Part shown: piece after piece, positions 9,519 to 18,678 of the stretch
Layout: each line of letters starts with the position of its first letter
How positions within the stretch are numbered: position 1 is the first letter of the stretch
Assembly: GCA_965652295.1 (NCBI GenBank)
Contig: CBFGTS010000005.1
Coordinates: 96,001-160,000, forward strand
From: an uncultured Haloferula sp.
Lineage (GTDB): Bacteria > Verrucomicrobiota > Verrucomicrobiia > Verrucomicrobiales > Akkermansiaceae
DNA: 64,000 bases
Direction of reading: 5' to 3'
Notes under the pieces: generated by a model
Database searches by the model: none
What the model saw: the letters and a program-made list of their open reading frames with translations, nothing else
What the model was told of the DNA's origin: nothing
Translations under genes and position numbers: made by a program

Positions 9519-12266
9519 TCACCCCAGCGGCGCGAGGAGGTTGGAGAGGAGCTGGGCATCCGGCGCGGCGGCTTTGGCGGCGTCGGCGAGGAGGGCGTCG
9601 GCGAGTTCGCTTTTCTTGGCCTGGAGCTGGTGGATGCGCTCTTCGACGGTGCCTTGGCAGATGAGCTTGTGGACGAAGACGGGGTTCTTCTGGCCGATGC
9701 GGTAGGCGCGGTCGGTGGCCTGGGCCTCGGCGGCGGGGTTCCACCAGGGGTCGTAGTGGATGACGGTATCGGCGGCGGTCAGATTGAGGCCCGTGCCGCC
9801 GGCTTTGAGGGAGATCAGAAACAAGGGGATCTCGCCGGTTTGGAAGCGCTCGACGAGTTCGCCGCGGTTCTTGGATCCACCGGTGAGCATGAGGTAGCGG
9901 ATCTTCCGCTGCTGGAGATGCGCGGCGATGATGTCGAGCATGCTGGTGAACTGCGAGAAGAGCAGGATGCGACGGCCTTCTTCGACGAGGGTGTCGAGGA
10001 GGTCGGCGAGGTAGTCGAGCTTGGCGGAGCCGGCGGCATCGGCTTCGAGCTTCGACTCGTTCTCGAACTTGAGCAGCTTCGGCTCGCAGCAGATCTGGCG
10101 GAGCTTGAGGAGGGCTTCGAGGAAAAGCATGCGGGAGCCCTCCAAGCCCTTGATGGCGATGGCCTGCCGGACGCGCTTGTCCATGGTGGCACGGACGGTT
10201 TCGTAGAGGTCCTTCTGCGCCGTGTTGAGTTCGACGGGGTGGACGAGGATGGTTTTCGGCGGGAGTTCCTTGGCGACCTGGTCCTTGGTGCGGCGGAGGA
10301 TGAGGGGGGCGACGCGGTTTTTCAGGGCGGCCTGGCGCTCTTCGTTGCCTTCGTTTTCGATCGGTTTGCGGAAGCGTCGGTTGAACTCCTCCTGGCCGCC
10401 GAGGAAGCCGGGCATGAGGAAACGCATGAGGCTCCAGAGTTCGCCGAGGTGGTTCTCAACCGGCGTGCCGGAGAGGCAGAGGCGGTGGCGGCCGTCGAGT
10501 TCGCAGGCGGCCTTGGCGACCTTGGCGGCGGGGTTCTTGATGTACTGGGCCTCGTCGAGGATGACAAGATGGTACGGGAAGCCTCGTAGTTTTTCGATGT
10601 CGCGCTGGAGCAGGGCGTAGGAGGTGAGGACGAGGTCGGCGTAGGGGATGGAGCGGAAATACTTTCTCCGCTGGGGTCCATCGAGGACGAGCGGACGGAG
10701 CGAGGGGGTGAATTTTTTCGCCTCGGCGAGCCAGTTGGGGACCACGGAGGTGGGCGCGATGACGAGGGCGGGGCGGCCGTTCATGCGCCCGGCTTCCTTT
10801 TCGGCGAGGATGTGGGTGAGGGTCTGGAGGGTTTTGCCGAGGCCCATGTCATCGGCGAGGATGCCGTGCAAATCGTGCTTTGTTAGAAACTGCATCCACT
10901 CGAAGCCGGTGCGCTGGTAATCCCGAAGGTCCGCCTGAAGCGAGTGCGGAGTGCGGAGCGCGGAGTGCGGAATGGAAGAAGATCCGCTGAGGGACTGGAT
11001 GAGTTGTTCGAGCTTGGCGGGTGGGTTGAAGCTCGCGGGGTCGTTGTGGACGAGGGTGGCGGCGTCGAGGGGGTGGAGCTTGAGCTTGGAGCCTTTGAAA
11101 CGACGGGGATCGAGGAGGGCGGAGAACTGTTTGAGGATGCGGCGGATGCGGTCGGCGGGGAGCTGGAGTGCGCGTCCGTCATCGAGATGGTGGAGAAAAC
11201 TGCCCTCGGCGGGAAATTCGAGGGTGATCTCGGTGGCGCCGCGGTCGAGGAGCTGGGCGAGAATGGGGAGGAGATCGAGCTGGCTGCCGTTGACATCGAA
11301 GCCGACGGAGAGGTGGAACCAGCCGGTGCCGTCGTCTTCGAGGACGTATTTGAAGGCGGCGGGGTCGAGCTGGATGACTTCGTGCCCGACGTCGGTATCG
11401 AAGGAAACGGTCCAGCCCGAGGCTTCGAGCGTGGCGGCGCCGGTGGCGCGGAGCCAGGGCCAGAATTGATCGAGGGTGCCGTGGGCGGGGTTGGGGAACC
11501 AAAGGCCTGCGGCCGATGATGGATGGTGGATGGCGGATGGTGGATGATTTTTCTGATCCAGCGCGAGGAGGAAGCGGTACTGGGCGTGGGAGCCGAGGGA
11601 GGCGAGGCCGGCTTGCTGGAGCTGGAGGATGGCGTTCATTTCCGCGGCGGGATCGCGGAGGAGGACGGAGCCATCGGGCAACGGATGCTCGCGCAGACCG
11701 GGTTTGCCGGAGAGGGAAATACGGTGATCGCCGTAGATGGCGACGGGGCGGGCGACGACCCACTCGCCGGTGTCGGGGATCTTCAGGGCCTGGAGGAGCA
11801 GGCGGACGACTTTGGAGTCGGTGGGCTCGCGGGTGATACGGAGGTGGAAGGACGGGGGATGGGAGACGGTGGACGGGGAGGCTTGCGCCGCGGGGTCGGC
11901 GGGGGTGCCGGTCTGCCGCCGACGAGTCGGGGGAGCAAGACCGGCGCTCCGTTCGGTGAGGAGATCGCGGAGTTTGGCCGGCTTGCCGGCGGTGAGGAGG
12001 GCGGCGGCGGCGTGGGGGCAGAAGGTGCGGATCTCGCAGGGGCAGGTGCTTTCGAAATCCCAGCGGCCGTCTTCCTGCCAATGAATGATTTCGCAGGGCT
12101 CGCCGGCGACTTCGGCCTTGAGGACGAACTGGTCGCTTTCCCAGAACCCCTGGAGCGCGCGGACTCTGCCTTTGAGTTTGTTGGCGACGAGCAGGACCTC
12201 GTCCTCGAAGCGATCCCGCCAGCGGGATTCGGTGAAGTGGTCGCGGATGTCGGGAACGTCGGGCAC
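9519..12266 (-). CDS. SNF2/SWI2-family helicase with N-terminal SWIM zinc finger
   Basis: SWIM CPC...CPH; ILADDMGLGKT, LDEAQ, SGTPVEN, LFSQF, GGTGLNL, DPWWNPA, QATDRAYRIGQ; start estimated at GTG 12266. Confidence 0.93.
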   Translation of the reverse strand: MPDVPDIRDHFTESRWRDRFEDEVLLVANKLKGRVRALQGFWESDQFVLKAEVAGEPCEIIHWQEDGRWDFESTCPCEIRTFCPHAAAALLTAGKPAKLRDLLTERSAGLAPPTRRRQTGTPADPAAQASPSTVSHPPSFHLRITREPTDSKVVRLLLQALKIPDTGEWVVARPVAIYGDHRISLSGKPGLREHPLPDGSVLLRDPAAEMNAILQLQQAGLASLGSHAQYRFLLALDQKNHPPSAIHHPSSAAGLWFPNPAHGTLDQFWPWLRATGAATLEASGWTVSFDTDVGHEVIQLDPAAFKYVLEDDGTGWFHLSVGFDVNGSQLDLLPILAQLLDRGATEITLEFPAEGSFLHHLDDGRALQLPADRIRRILKQFSALLDPRRFKGSKLKLHPLDAATLVHNDPASFNPPAKLEQLIQSLSGSSSIPHSALRTPHSLQADLRDYQRTGFEWMQFLTKHDLHGILADDMGLGKTLQTLTHILAEKEAGRMNGRPALVIAPTSVVPNWLAEAKKFTPSLRPLVLDGPQRRKYFRSIPYADLVLTSYALLQRDIEKLRGFPYHLVILDEAQYIKNPAAKVAKAACELDGRHRLCLSGTPVENHLGELWSLMRFLMPGFLGGQEEFNRRFRKPIENEGNEERQAALKNRVAPLILRRTKDQVAKELPPKTILVHPVELNTAQKDLYETVRATMDKRVRQAIAIKGLEGSRMLFLEALLKLRQICCEPKLLKFENESKLEADAAGSAKLDYLADLLDTLVEEGRRILLFSQFTSMLDIIAAHLQQRKIRYLMLTGGSKNRGELVERFQTGEIPLFLISLKAGGTGLNLTAADTVIHYDPWWNPAAEAQATDRAYRIGQKNPVFVHKLICQGTVEERIHQLQAKKSELADALLADAAKAAAPDAQLLSNLLAPLG
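10942..10976. repeat. Heptamer tandem repeat inside the SNF2 gene
   Basis: GAGTGCG GAGTGCG GAGCGCG GAGTGCG GAATGGA; encodes IPHSALRTPHS on the minus strand. Confidence 0.8.
11515..11549. repeat. Heptamer tandem repeat inside the SNF2 gene
   Basis: GATGATG GATGGTG GATGGCG GATGGTG GATGATT; encodes NHPPSAIHHPSS. Confidence 0.8.
11851..11878. repeat. Degenerate heptamer tandem repeat inside the SNF2 gene
   Basis: GACGGGG GATGGGA GACGGTG GACGGGG; encodes PSTVSHPPS. Confidence 0.6.
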
Positions 12267-12492
12267 GGGTGAGTGGAGGGGATACAGGCGTGGGCTCCGG
12301 GAGTCCAGTGTCCGGGGGCGGGTGAGCTTGACCGGGCCGGAGCCGCGGGATAGTTCCCTGCGCGTGAAGTCGTTCTTTCCTCTCCTTGTCTTTGCCCGCG
12401 TCGGGCTCCGGGTGGGGGAATGAATGGTTTTTGCCGACCGTTTTTCCGATCCCGCCCGCTTGGCCGCCGCCGAGCGGGCTTTTTGTTTCCCG

Positions 12493-13881
12493 ATGCATCC
12501 GGTTCCCCACTCCGAAACTCCTGTTTCCCCGCGTCTGCTGGACGAGGGGCGGGTGACGCTGCGCCTGGCGGTGCCGCTGATCGTGGGGCAGGTGAGCCAG
12601 ATGCTGATGGGGGTGGTGGATACGATGATGATCGGGCGGGTGGGGGTGACGGAGCTGGCGGCTTCGTCGTTCGCGAACACGCTGATCTATCTGCCGATGA
12701 TGTTCGGGATCGGGATGTCGATGGCGGTGTCGATCCGGGTCTCGCAAGCCCGCGGCGGGAAGGATCCGGCGGCGGCGCGGGCGGCGCTGCGGCATGGCTT
12801 GCAGATGACGATGGGGATCGGGGTGCTGACGCTGCTGGCGACGTGGGCGCTGCTGCCGTTTCTCGGGATCTTCCGGCAGACCGAGGCGGTGGTGGAAACG
12901 GTGCCGGGCTATCTGCTGCTGGTGGCGGCGTCGATGATCCCGGCGATGGCGGGGATGGCGGTGAAAAACCACGCGGATGCGATGAATCGTCCGTGGCCGG
13001 TGTTCTGGATCACCTTCGGCTCGGTGCTGGCGAATGTGGTGCTGAACTGGGTGTTCATCTTCGGAAATCTGGGTGCCCCGGTGATGGGGCTGGAGGGAGC
13101 GGGGCTGGCGACCTTGCTGGCGCGGACGCTGGCGTTTGCGGGAATGATCGCGTGGTGCCTGCGCTCGAAGGGGCTTCGGGAATGGGTGCCTTACCGGTGG
13201 TTCCGGCGGCCGGAGATGGCGGCGTTGCGCGATCTGGTGCGGGTGGGTTTCCCGGCGAGCATGCAGTTGCTGGCGGAGGTGAGCGCATTCGTGTTCGCGA
13301 CGTTGCTGATCGGGACCTTGGGCGAAGCGGCGCTGGCTTCCCACCAGGTGGCGATTTCCTGCGCGGCCACGGTTTTCATGGTGCCGCTGGGTCTTTCGAT
13401 GGCGATGACGGTGCGGATCGGCGAAGTCGGTGGGGCGCGGGAATTCGGGCGGATGCGGCCGATCCTGCTGAGCGGCTGGGCGCTGGGGCTGATCTACGCG
13501 GCGGCGGGGGCGGCGGCGTTCGGGCTTTTCCGCGATGAGATCGCGGGCTGGTTTGTGACCGAGCCGGTGGCCCTGGCGGCCGCCTCGGGCCTGCTGCTGG
13601 TGGCGGCCGCGTTCCAGTTCAGCGACTCGATGCAGATCATCTCGGCCGGAGCGCTGCGGGGCCTGGATGATGTGAAAATCCCGGCATGGCTGGCTTTCGG
13701 GGCCTACTGGGTGGTGTCGATTCCGCTCGGCTGGGCGTTGGCGATCCCGCTCGGCCACGGCGTCCAGGGAATGTGGTGGGGGATCACCGCGGGCCTCACG
13801 CTGACGGCGGTGGCGCTGGGCACGCGGGTGTGGCGGCGGACGTCGCCGGATTTTCCGCGGGAGTCATGGCGGAAACCATGA
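12493..13881 (+). CDS. MATE-family efflux transporter (NorM-like)
   Basis: LAVPLI...VDTMMIGRVG, NWVFIFGNLGAPVMGLEGAGLAT, GALRG; about 12 hydrophobic segments. Confidence 0.92.
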   Translation: MHPVPHSETPVSPRLLDEGRVTLRLAVPLIVGQVSQMLMGVVDTMMIGRVGVTELAASSFANTLIYLPMMFGIGMSMAVSIRVSQARGGKDPAAARAALRHGLQMTMGIGVLTLLATWALLPFLGIFRQTEAVVETVPGYLLLVAASMIPAMAGMAVKNHADAMNRPWPVFWITFGSVLANVVLNWVFIFGNLGAPVMGLEGAGLATLLARTLAFAGMIAWCLRSKGLREWVPYRWFRRPEMAALRDLVRVGFPASMQLLAEVSAFVFATLLIGTLGEAALASHQVAISCAATVFMVPLGLSMAMTVRIGEVGGAREFGRMRPILLSGWALGLIYAAAGAAAFGLFRDEIAGWFVTEPVALAAASGLLLVAAAFQFSDSMQIISAGALRGLDDVKIPAWLAFGAYWVVSIPLGWALAIPLGHGVQGMWWGITAGLTLTAVALGTRVWRRTSPDFPRESWRKP

Positions 13882-14026
13882 ACATGGCGGCCGCCGTGGT
13901 AATCGATGGCAGGAAAAAGGCTCCGGACCCCGAACTTTCCAAGGGTCGTTGTTGAGAAGAAGATCCCTCCGCTCAGACTGATTAGTTCCTCAAATCCGAC
14001 TCTTCCTTTCTTACCGCAAAACCCCA

Positions 14027-14629
14027 ATGCCGCGGTGTTTTCTCTTTCCCGCCATCAAACCAGACTCGGAAATGCCGCGTTTGGAGGTGCGTTCGATGGC
14101 CCCCGCAACCACTCCTTGGCCATGGGAGGCGACGATGTTGACCGCGTTGAACTGCTATGTGCTGTGGGGGCTGACGTGGCTGCAATTCCTCACGACTCTC
14201 GGGTGCTTTTACTACAATGGCCTCAACTTGTGGTTCTACGTCGTCACCGGGCATCCGCTCGGGCTGACGATTCCGGAATCCTTCCTCGCCTTCTCGATCG
14301 CGCTCTCCCTTTTCGCCATAGGTGCCGTGACCGGCAGCACGCTGCGGGCACCTCGTCTGTGGAAACGCCTCCTCACCGTAGGGGTGTTCGCCGCACTGGC
14401 GATCGGGCTTTCCTGCTTCAACCTTCACCTACGCCATCTCAGCTACCGGCGGGCGATCGACACCCGTGCCGAAATCCTCCGCGGCTTTGGGGGCCACCCG
14501 GCGAGTGGATCAGATCCCGGCAACGAATGGCTGGCTCAGGATCTCCAGTGGCGACGAAGCGCGGTCGAACGCTATGACGAGCTGCTAAGCCAGTATCGGG
14601 CCAAATATGGCTTGGACGATTCTCCGTAA
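14027..14629 (+). CDS. Hypothetical membrane protein
   Basis: 200-aa ORF with about 3 hydrophobic segments filling the gap between MATE and the PEP-CTERM gene; start uncertain. Confidence 0.5.
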   Translation: MPRCFLFPAIKPDSEMPRLEVRSMAPATTPWPWEATMLTALNCYVLWGLTWLQFLTTLGCFYYNGLNLWFYVVTGHPLGLTIPESFLAFSIALSLFAIGAVTGSTLRAPRLWKRLLTVGVFAALAIGLSCFNLHLRHLSYRRAIDTRAEILRGFGGHPASGSDPGNEWLAQDLQWRRSAVERYDELLSQYRAKYGLDDSP

Positions 14630-14641
14630 GACCAGCTCCGG

Positions 14642-15694
14642 TCAGCAGGCTTCGCGCCGCCGGTGGCCCGCCCAGCCGAGCGCGGCGAGGCCCATGAGAA
14701 TCATGGTCGAAGGCTCGGGCACGGTCGTGAAATTGAGGTCGCGGAGGAAGGCGAGGTCGAGTTCGGTCAATTCCTTGCGGGTTCCCGTCGTCAGGTTTGG
14801 ATCCATCACGACTTCCTGCATCACGCCATCCGAAAGACGCGGGCTCATCACCCCCGTGGCGATGTGACCGCCGCCGCCATCGATCAGCCCCACGCCGGAG
14901 CCTTGGAGCGCGATCACTTCAGCTCCCAGCCAGTCGGTGCCCGAAACCTGGGCATCCCACAGCCCGTAGGTGCCGATGCCGATGGCGTGCAGCATTTCGT
15001 GCAGGGCCACCGAGTACAAATCCGACATCCCGAATCCGACCGCGGTGGTGTGATCCAAGTGCCAGCTGGAGGAGCCATCGTTGTCGAACCACAGATTGCC
15101 GACGGTCGGTCCGAAGCCGAGGGTGAAGGATGCGGGGACGCCGCCCAAGGTGACGACATCGGAAAACGATCCGACCTCCACGTCGGTATCGCGGCCCAGC
15201 GCGTTGTTGAAGTTGGTCTCCGCTGTCGCGACGGCACCGGCCCACTCCGTGGCATAGTCCGGGGAGCTGCTTCCGCCGCCCGGCGTATACCCGAGGCCCC
15301 CCGGTCCACCTTGGCCGAGGGTGGATCCACCAAGGGAGCGGCTTCCGACGTAAACCCGGAATTCGTTCGCCGCGAGGTTGATGTCGGTGAGGTCGACCTG
15401 CGCGCCAGTGTCCGGATTCGTGTAGCTGAGATGGGCGGTGAACGTCGAGGTGGTGGCACCGTTCGAACCGGTATAGACAAGATCCGGAGAACTCAGCGCC
15501 GCCAGCGACGAGGTGACCGCATTTGAAAGATCGGCGGCGGCAGCGGCCACGGCAGCGCGCGCGGCCAGTCCGTCCGCGGTATTGGTGTCGAAAAAGGAAC
15601 TCGCGCTATGACTGTAATCGAGAGCGATCGAGAACGCGCCCGCGTTCAGACTCAAAAGGGACAGGGCGGAAAAGGTGAGAGCCAGGGTTTTCAT
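14642..15694 (-). CDS. PEP-CTERM protein with matrixin-like zinc metalloprotease domain
   Basis: Signal peptide; DLYSVALHEMLHAIGI (HExxH); C-terminal VPEPST-hydrophobic-RRR. Confidence 0.88.
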   Translation of the reverse strand: MKTLALTFSALSLLSLNAGAFSIALDYSHSASSFFDTNTADGLAARAAVAAAAADLSNAVTSSLAALSSPDLVYTGSNGATTSTFTAHLSYTNPDTGAQVDLTDINLAANEFRVYVGSRSLGGSTLGQGGPGGLGYTPGGGSSSPDYATEWAGAVATAETNFNNALGRDTDVEVGSFSDVVTLGGVPASFTLGFGPTVGNLWFDNDGSSSWHLDHTTAVGFGMSDLYSVALHEMLHAIGIGTYGLWDAQVSGTDWLGAEVIALQGSGVGLIDGGGGHIATGVMSPRLSDGVMQEVVMDPNLTTGTRKELTELDLAFLRDLNFTTVPEPSTMILMGLAALGWAGHRRREAC

Positions 15695-15889
15695 GGTTGA
15701 TGGGGGCGGCAGAGGCCGCGAACTCGGTGCTTTTTCACAATCGGATTTCAGACATCCCGATTTTCAACTTTTGAGTAGTGGATGGAGTACGGTTTTCTCC
15801 GTAACCTCTGCTCCCGATCTCGCGCAAAATGCCCCCCATGGGGGACTTCATGGGCGCGGTAGGAGCTACTACCCTTGCGGCTTAACGCC

Positions 15890-16705
15890 GTGAAAAATCC
15901 CTTCCCTTTCCGCATCCCTGCCGCTCTCGTCGGCTTCGTCGCCGTCATTTCCGCTGCCTCGGCGGTGACCATCTGGCCCGTAGGCGATTCGCTGACCTCC
16001 GGTTTCAACGTCGCCGGCGCCTACCGGACCCAGCTGTACGCGGATCTCACCGCCGCGGGCGAAACGGTGAACTTCGTCGGCAGCTCCACCGCCGATGCCT
16101 CCGCACCGCTGACCACCGCCGGCGAAACCCACCACGACGGCCACTCCGGCTGGTTCATCGCGGACGCCGCCACTTCCACCGTGGACAACAACAAGGGCAT
16201 CCTCGACAACGTCGGAGCTTGGTTCCCGGCCCTCTCCCACACTCCGGACGTGATCCTCCTGATGATCGGTACCAACGACATGAATCAGGGCAATTTCGTC
16301 GCCTCCGCCCCTTCACGTCTCAACACGCTGCTCAACCGCCTGGAAATCCTCGCGCCGGAGGCCCGGATCATCGTCGCCTCCATTCCCGCGGCCACGGAAA
16401 CCAACCGCTACAAGAATCCCGCCGTGACCAACCTCGACGGCTCGATCCGGAGCTACAACTCATCGATCGAAAACCTCGTCACCACCCACGCCGGGCTCGG
16501 CCGCAAGGTCGAGTTCCTCGACGTTTACTCCGCCATGACCCTGGACGACCTGACCAGCGACGGGCTCCACTTTTCCCAAGCCGGCTACAACAAGCTCGGA
16601 ACCGTTTGGGCCGAAGCCATCCTGGTGCCCGAGCCGTCCGCCGCCGTCCTAGTCGCCGCCGGTGTCGGCGTGGGCCTGTGCCGTCGCCGGCGCGTCGTCG
16701 CCTAG
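15890..16705 (+). CDS. PEP-CTERM SGNH/GDSL hydrolase
   Basis: GDSLT, HDGHSGW, MIGTND, DGLH blocks; VPEPSA-hydrophobic-RRRR tail. Confidence 0.88.
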   Translation: MKNPFPFRIPAALVGFVAVISAASAVTIWPVGDSLTSGFNVAGAYRTQLYADLTAAGETVNFVGSSTADASAPLTTAGETHHDGHSGWFIADAATSTVDNNKGILDNVGAWFPALSHTPDVILLMIGTNDMNQGNFVASAPSRLNTLLNRLEILAPEARIIVASIPAATETNRYKNPAVTNLDGSIRSYNSSIENLVTTHAGLGRKVEFLDVYSAMTLDDLTSDGLHFSQAGYNKLGTVWAEAILVPEPSAAVLVAAGVGVGLCRRRRVVA

Positions 16706-17563
16706 CCAGTCGAGCGCCGCATCGGAGTAATAGACGGCGATCGAGTAGTGGCCTTCGCCATCGATCCAGTTTCCCTCCGCCGTCGGGATCCGCTCGCAGA
16801 GCCGCTGCGCGACTTCGCAGGGCAGGTTCGCGTCCGCCCGGCCGTGCCACATTTTCAGCGGAACGCTCACTTCCTCGGGCCGGAAATCCCACGGCTCCAG
16901 GTAAAGTTCTCCGTCCGTCAGCATCCCCTCGCGCCCGCAACGAACGGCCTCAAGGTAACTGCGGGTCACCATATCCCAGCCGCCGCTCGTGAAGAGCGCC
17001 TCGCGGTCCCGCGGCGGCACGCTTTTCAGCATCCACGACATCGGTGGGCGGTCCGCACCGCGGGCGATCATCCACTGGCTCAGCGGGATGAGGTACGGCA
17101 CCGCATGCCGGCGCGCCGACTTCATCCCGGCCAGAGTCCGGTAAACCCAGTGCATGTGGGAGCGGTCCTGTTCATCGGCCAACGGTGGGGCACCACAGAT
17201 CATGGCGGCCTTTTCCACCCGCCCTCCGAGCATCGCGCAGGTTGCCAGCGTGTAGGGGCCGCCTCCCGAAACGCCGAACACCCGGAAGCGGTCGAGCCCC
17301 AGCCCGTCGGCGAACGCCGCCACATCCTTCGGCCAATCCGAAAACCGCCGCCCCGGCAGCGGATCGGACAGCCCCACTCCCGGCCGGTCCGGTGCCAGGA
17401 TGCGCAGCCCGCGGGAGCGCGCCTTGTCATCCAGAAATGCCGCCTGGTAACGGCTGCTCGGCCAGCCATGGAAATACAGCACCGGCCGCCCCTCCGGATC
17501 GCCATAGTCGGCGTAGCCCATGTTCCGCCCGTCCGGCAGCTTGATCTGTTCGTTTTCCTTCAT
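16649..17563 (-). CDS. Alpha/beta-fold hydrolase
   Basis: LPDGR, FHGWPSS, PDRPGVG, GVSGGGPY nucleophile elbow, WHG..D, EGH; its 3' end overlaps the convergent SGNH gene by 57 nt. Confidence 0.88.
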   Translation of the reverse strand: MKENEQIKLPDGRNMGYADYGDPEGRPVLYFHGWPSSRYQAAFLDDKARSRGLRILAPDRPGVGLSDPLPGRRFSDWPKDVAAFADGLGLDRFRVFGVSGGGPYTLATCAMLGGRVEKAAMICGAPPLADEQDRSHMHWVYRTLAGMKSARRHAVPYLIPLSQWMIARGADRPPMSWMLKSVPPRDREALFTSGGWDMVTRSYLEAVRCGREGMLTDGELYLEPWDFRPEEVSVPLKMWHGRADANLPCEVAQRLCERIPTAEGNWIDGEGHYSIAVYYSDAALDWLGDDAPATAQAHADTGGD

Positions 17564-17627
17564 CGGATGCCGCCATCTTAAGCGGGGATCCGGAGTTTGC
17601 TCCACCGATTCCTGAAGAGCTTGAGTT

Positions 17628-18566
17628 TCACAAGCCGAGCCACGCCCGGCCCCACAACAGCACGAAGGGCAGCGTCACGAGGCTGACGACGGTCGTCGCC
17701 ACCACGATTTCCACCGCCACCGCCGGGCGGCCGCCGTAGAGCTTCGCCAAAAGGATCGGCGACATCGCCGCGGGCATCGCCGCCTGGACCACCATCACCT
17801 GCTTCAGGGTCACGGGCAGCGGCAGCCATCTCGCCAGTGCGAGCATCACCACCGGAATCATCGCCAGCCGCACGATCGAGCCGCCGAGGGAGGCCTTCAG
17901 CGTCGGCCGCTCGGTCCCGATCAGGTCCATGATCACCGCGCCGGTGACGAAGATCGCCAGCGGAAACGCGCCGGCCCCCAGCCACCTCATCGCCTCCCGC
18001 GGCGGACCGGTCACCTGGCGGTCCCAGCCCAGCCCGACCAGCGTCAGCCCGAGCACCACCGAGACCGTCGGCCCGTTGATCACGCGCCGCCACGGCACCC
18101 GCCGGTCGCCGGACATCAGCATCACGCCCACCGACCAGATCGCGAGTTCCACGCCCAGGTTGTGGACGAAGAGCATCGCGATCGCACCGGTGCCCAGCCA
18201 CATCTGCTCGACCACCGGAATCGCCGTGTAGCCGAAATTCTGTACTCCCGCACCCACCGCGAAAGTCCGTTTTCCCTGGCCCTTCTGATATCTCAGCAGT
18301 CCCGCCGCCAGCCATGCGATGGCGAAGCCCGCCACCGTCATCCCGAAGCCCATGCCCAGCCCCCAGGCCACCGCATCGAAGTCGCGCACGCTCTCCGCGC
18401 CGAGGATCTTGTCGAGGATGAAACACGGATACATCACGTGAAACACGAGCTGCAGCACCGACTCGTCGTGGCCGCGCTTCACCAGTCCGGTGAGCCTCGC
18501 CACCGCGCCCCCGATGATCAGCAGGTAGACCGGAAAAACTTGCGTGAGGACCTCCAGCGCGGACAC
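17628..18566 (-). CDS. AEC (auxin efflux carrier)/malate permease family transporter
   Basis: NFGYTAIPV and AAMPAA motifs; about 10 hydrophobic segments. Confidence 0.88.
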   Translation of the reverse strand: MSALEVLTQVFPVYLLIIGGAVARLTGLVKRGHDESVLQLVFHVMYPCFILDKILGAESVRDFDAVAWGLGMGFGMTVAGFAIAWLAAGLLRYQKGQGKRTFAVGAGVQNFGYTAIPVVEQMWLGTGAIAMLFVHNLGVELAIWSVGVMLMSGDRRVPWRRVINGPTVSVVLGLTLVGLGWDRQVTGPPREAMRWLGAGAFPLAIFVTGAVIMDLIGTERPTLKASLGGSIVRLAMIPVVMLALARWLPLPVTLKQVMVVQAAMPAAMSPILLAKLYGGRPAVAVEIVVATTVVSLVTLPFVLLWGRAWLGL

Positions 18567-18603
18567 GCCCGCACCCTCGGTCCTGCCACGTCCGATGTCG
18601 AGA

Positions 18604-18678
18604 GCCGGCCCCGCGCGCGGGGGGCTACTCGGAGTGCGGACGGGCAGAACGCCGGCCCCGCGCGCGGGGGGCTACTCG
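18604..18678. repeat. 28-bp direct repeat (2 copies) with palindromic core
   Basis: GCCGGCCCCGCGCGCGGGGGGCTACTCG at 18604-18631 and 18651-18678; the second copy includes the BNR-4 stop codon. Confidence 0.85.

Noticed and set aside
11179..13758. 859-aa minus-strand ORF and similar long overlapping ORFs (e.g. 39619-41700, 49341-51626)
   Set aside because: Off-frame or antisense shadows of well-supported genes, expected from GC3 bias; no recognisable motifs.
15731..15740. TTCACAA half-site as a possible Rex box
   Set aside because: No matching TTGTGAA arm at the expected spacing.
16649..16705. 57-nt convergent overlap of the SGNH and alpha/beta hydrolase genes
   Set aside because: Short 3' overlaps are common in GC-rich genomes; no sign of function.
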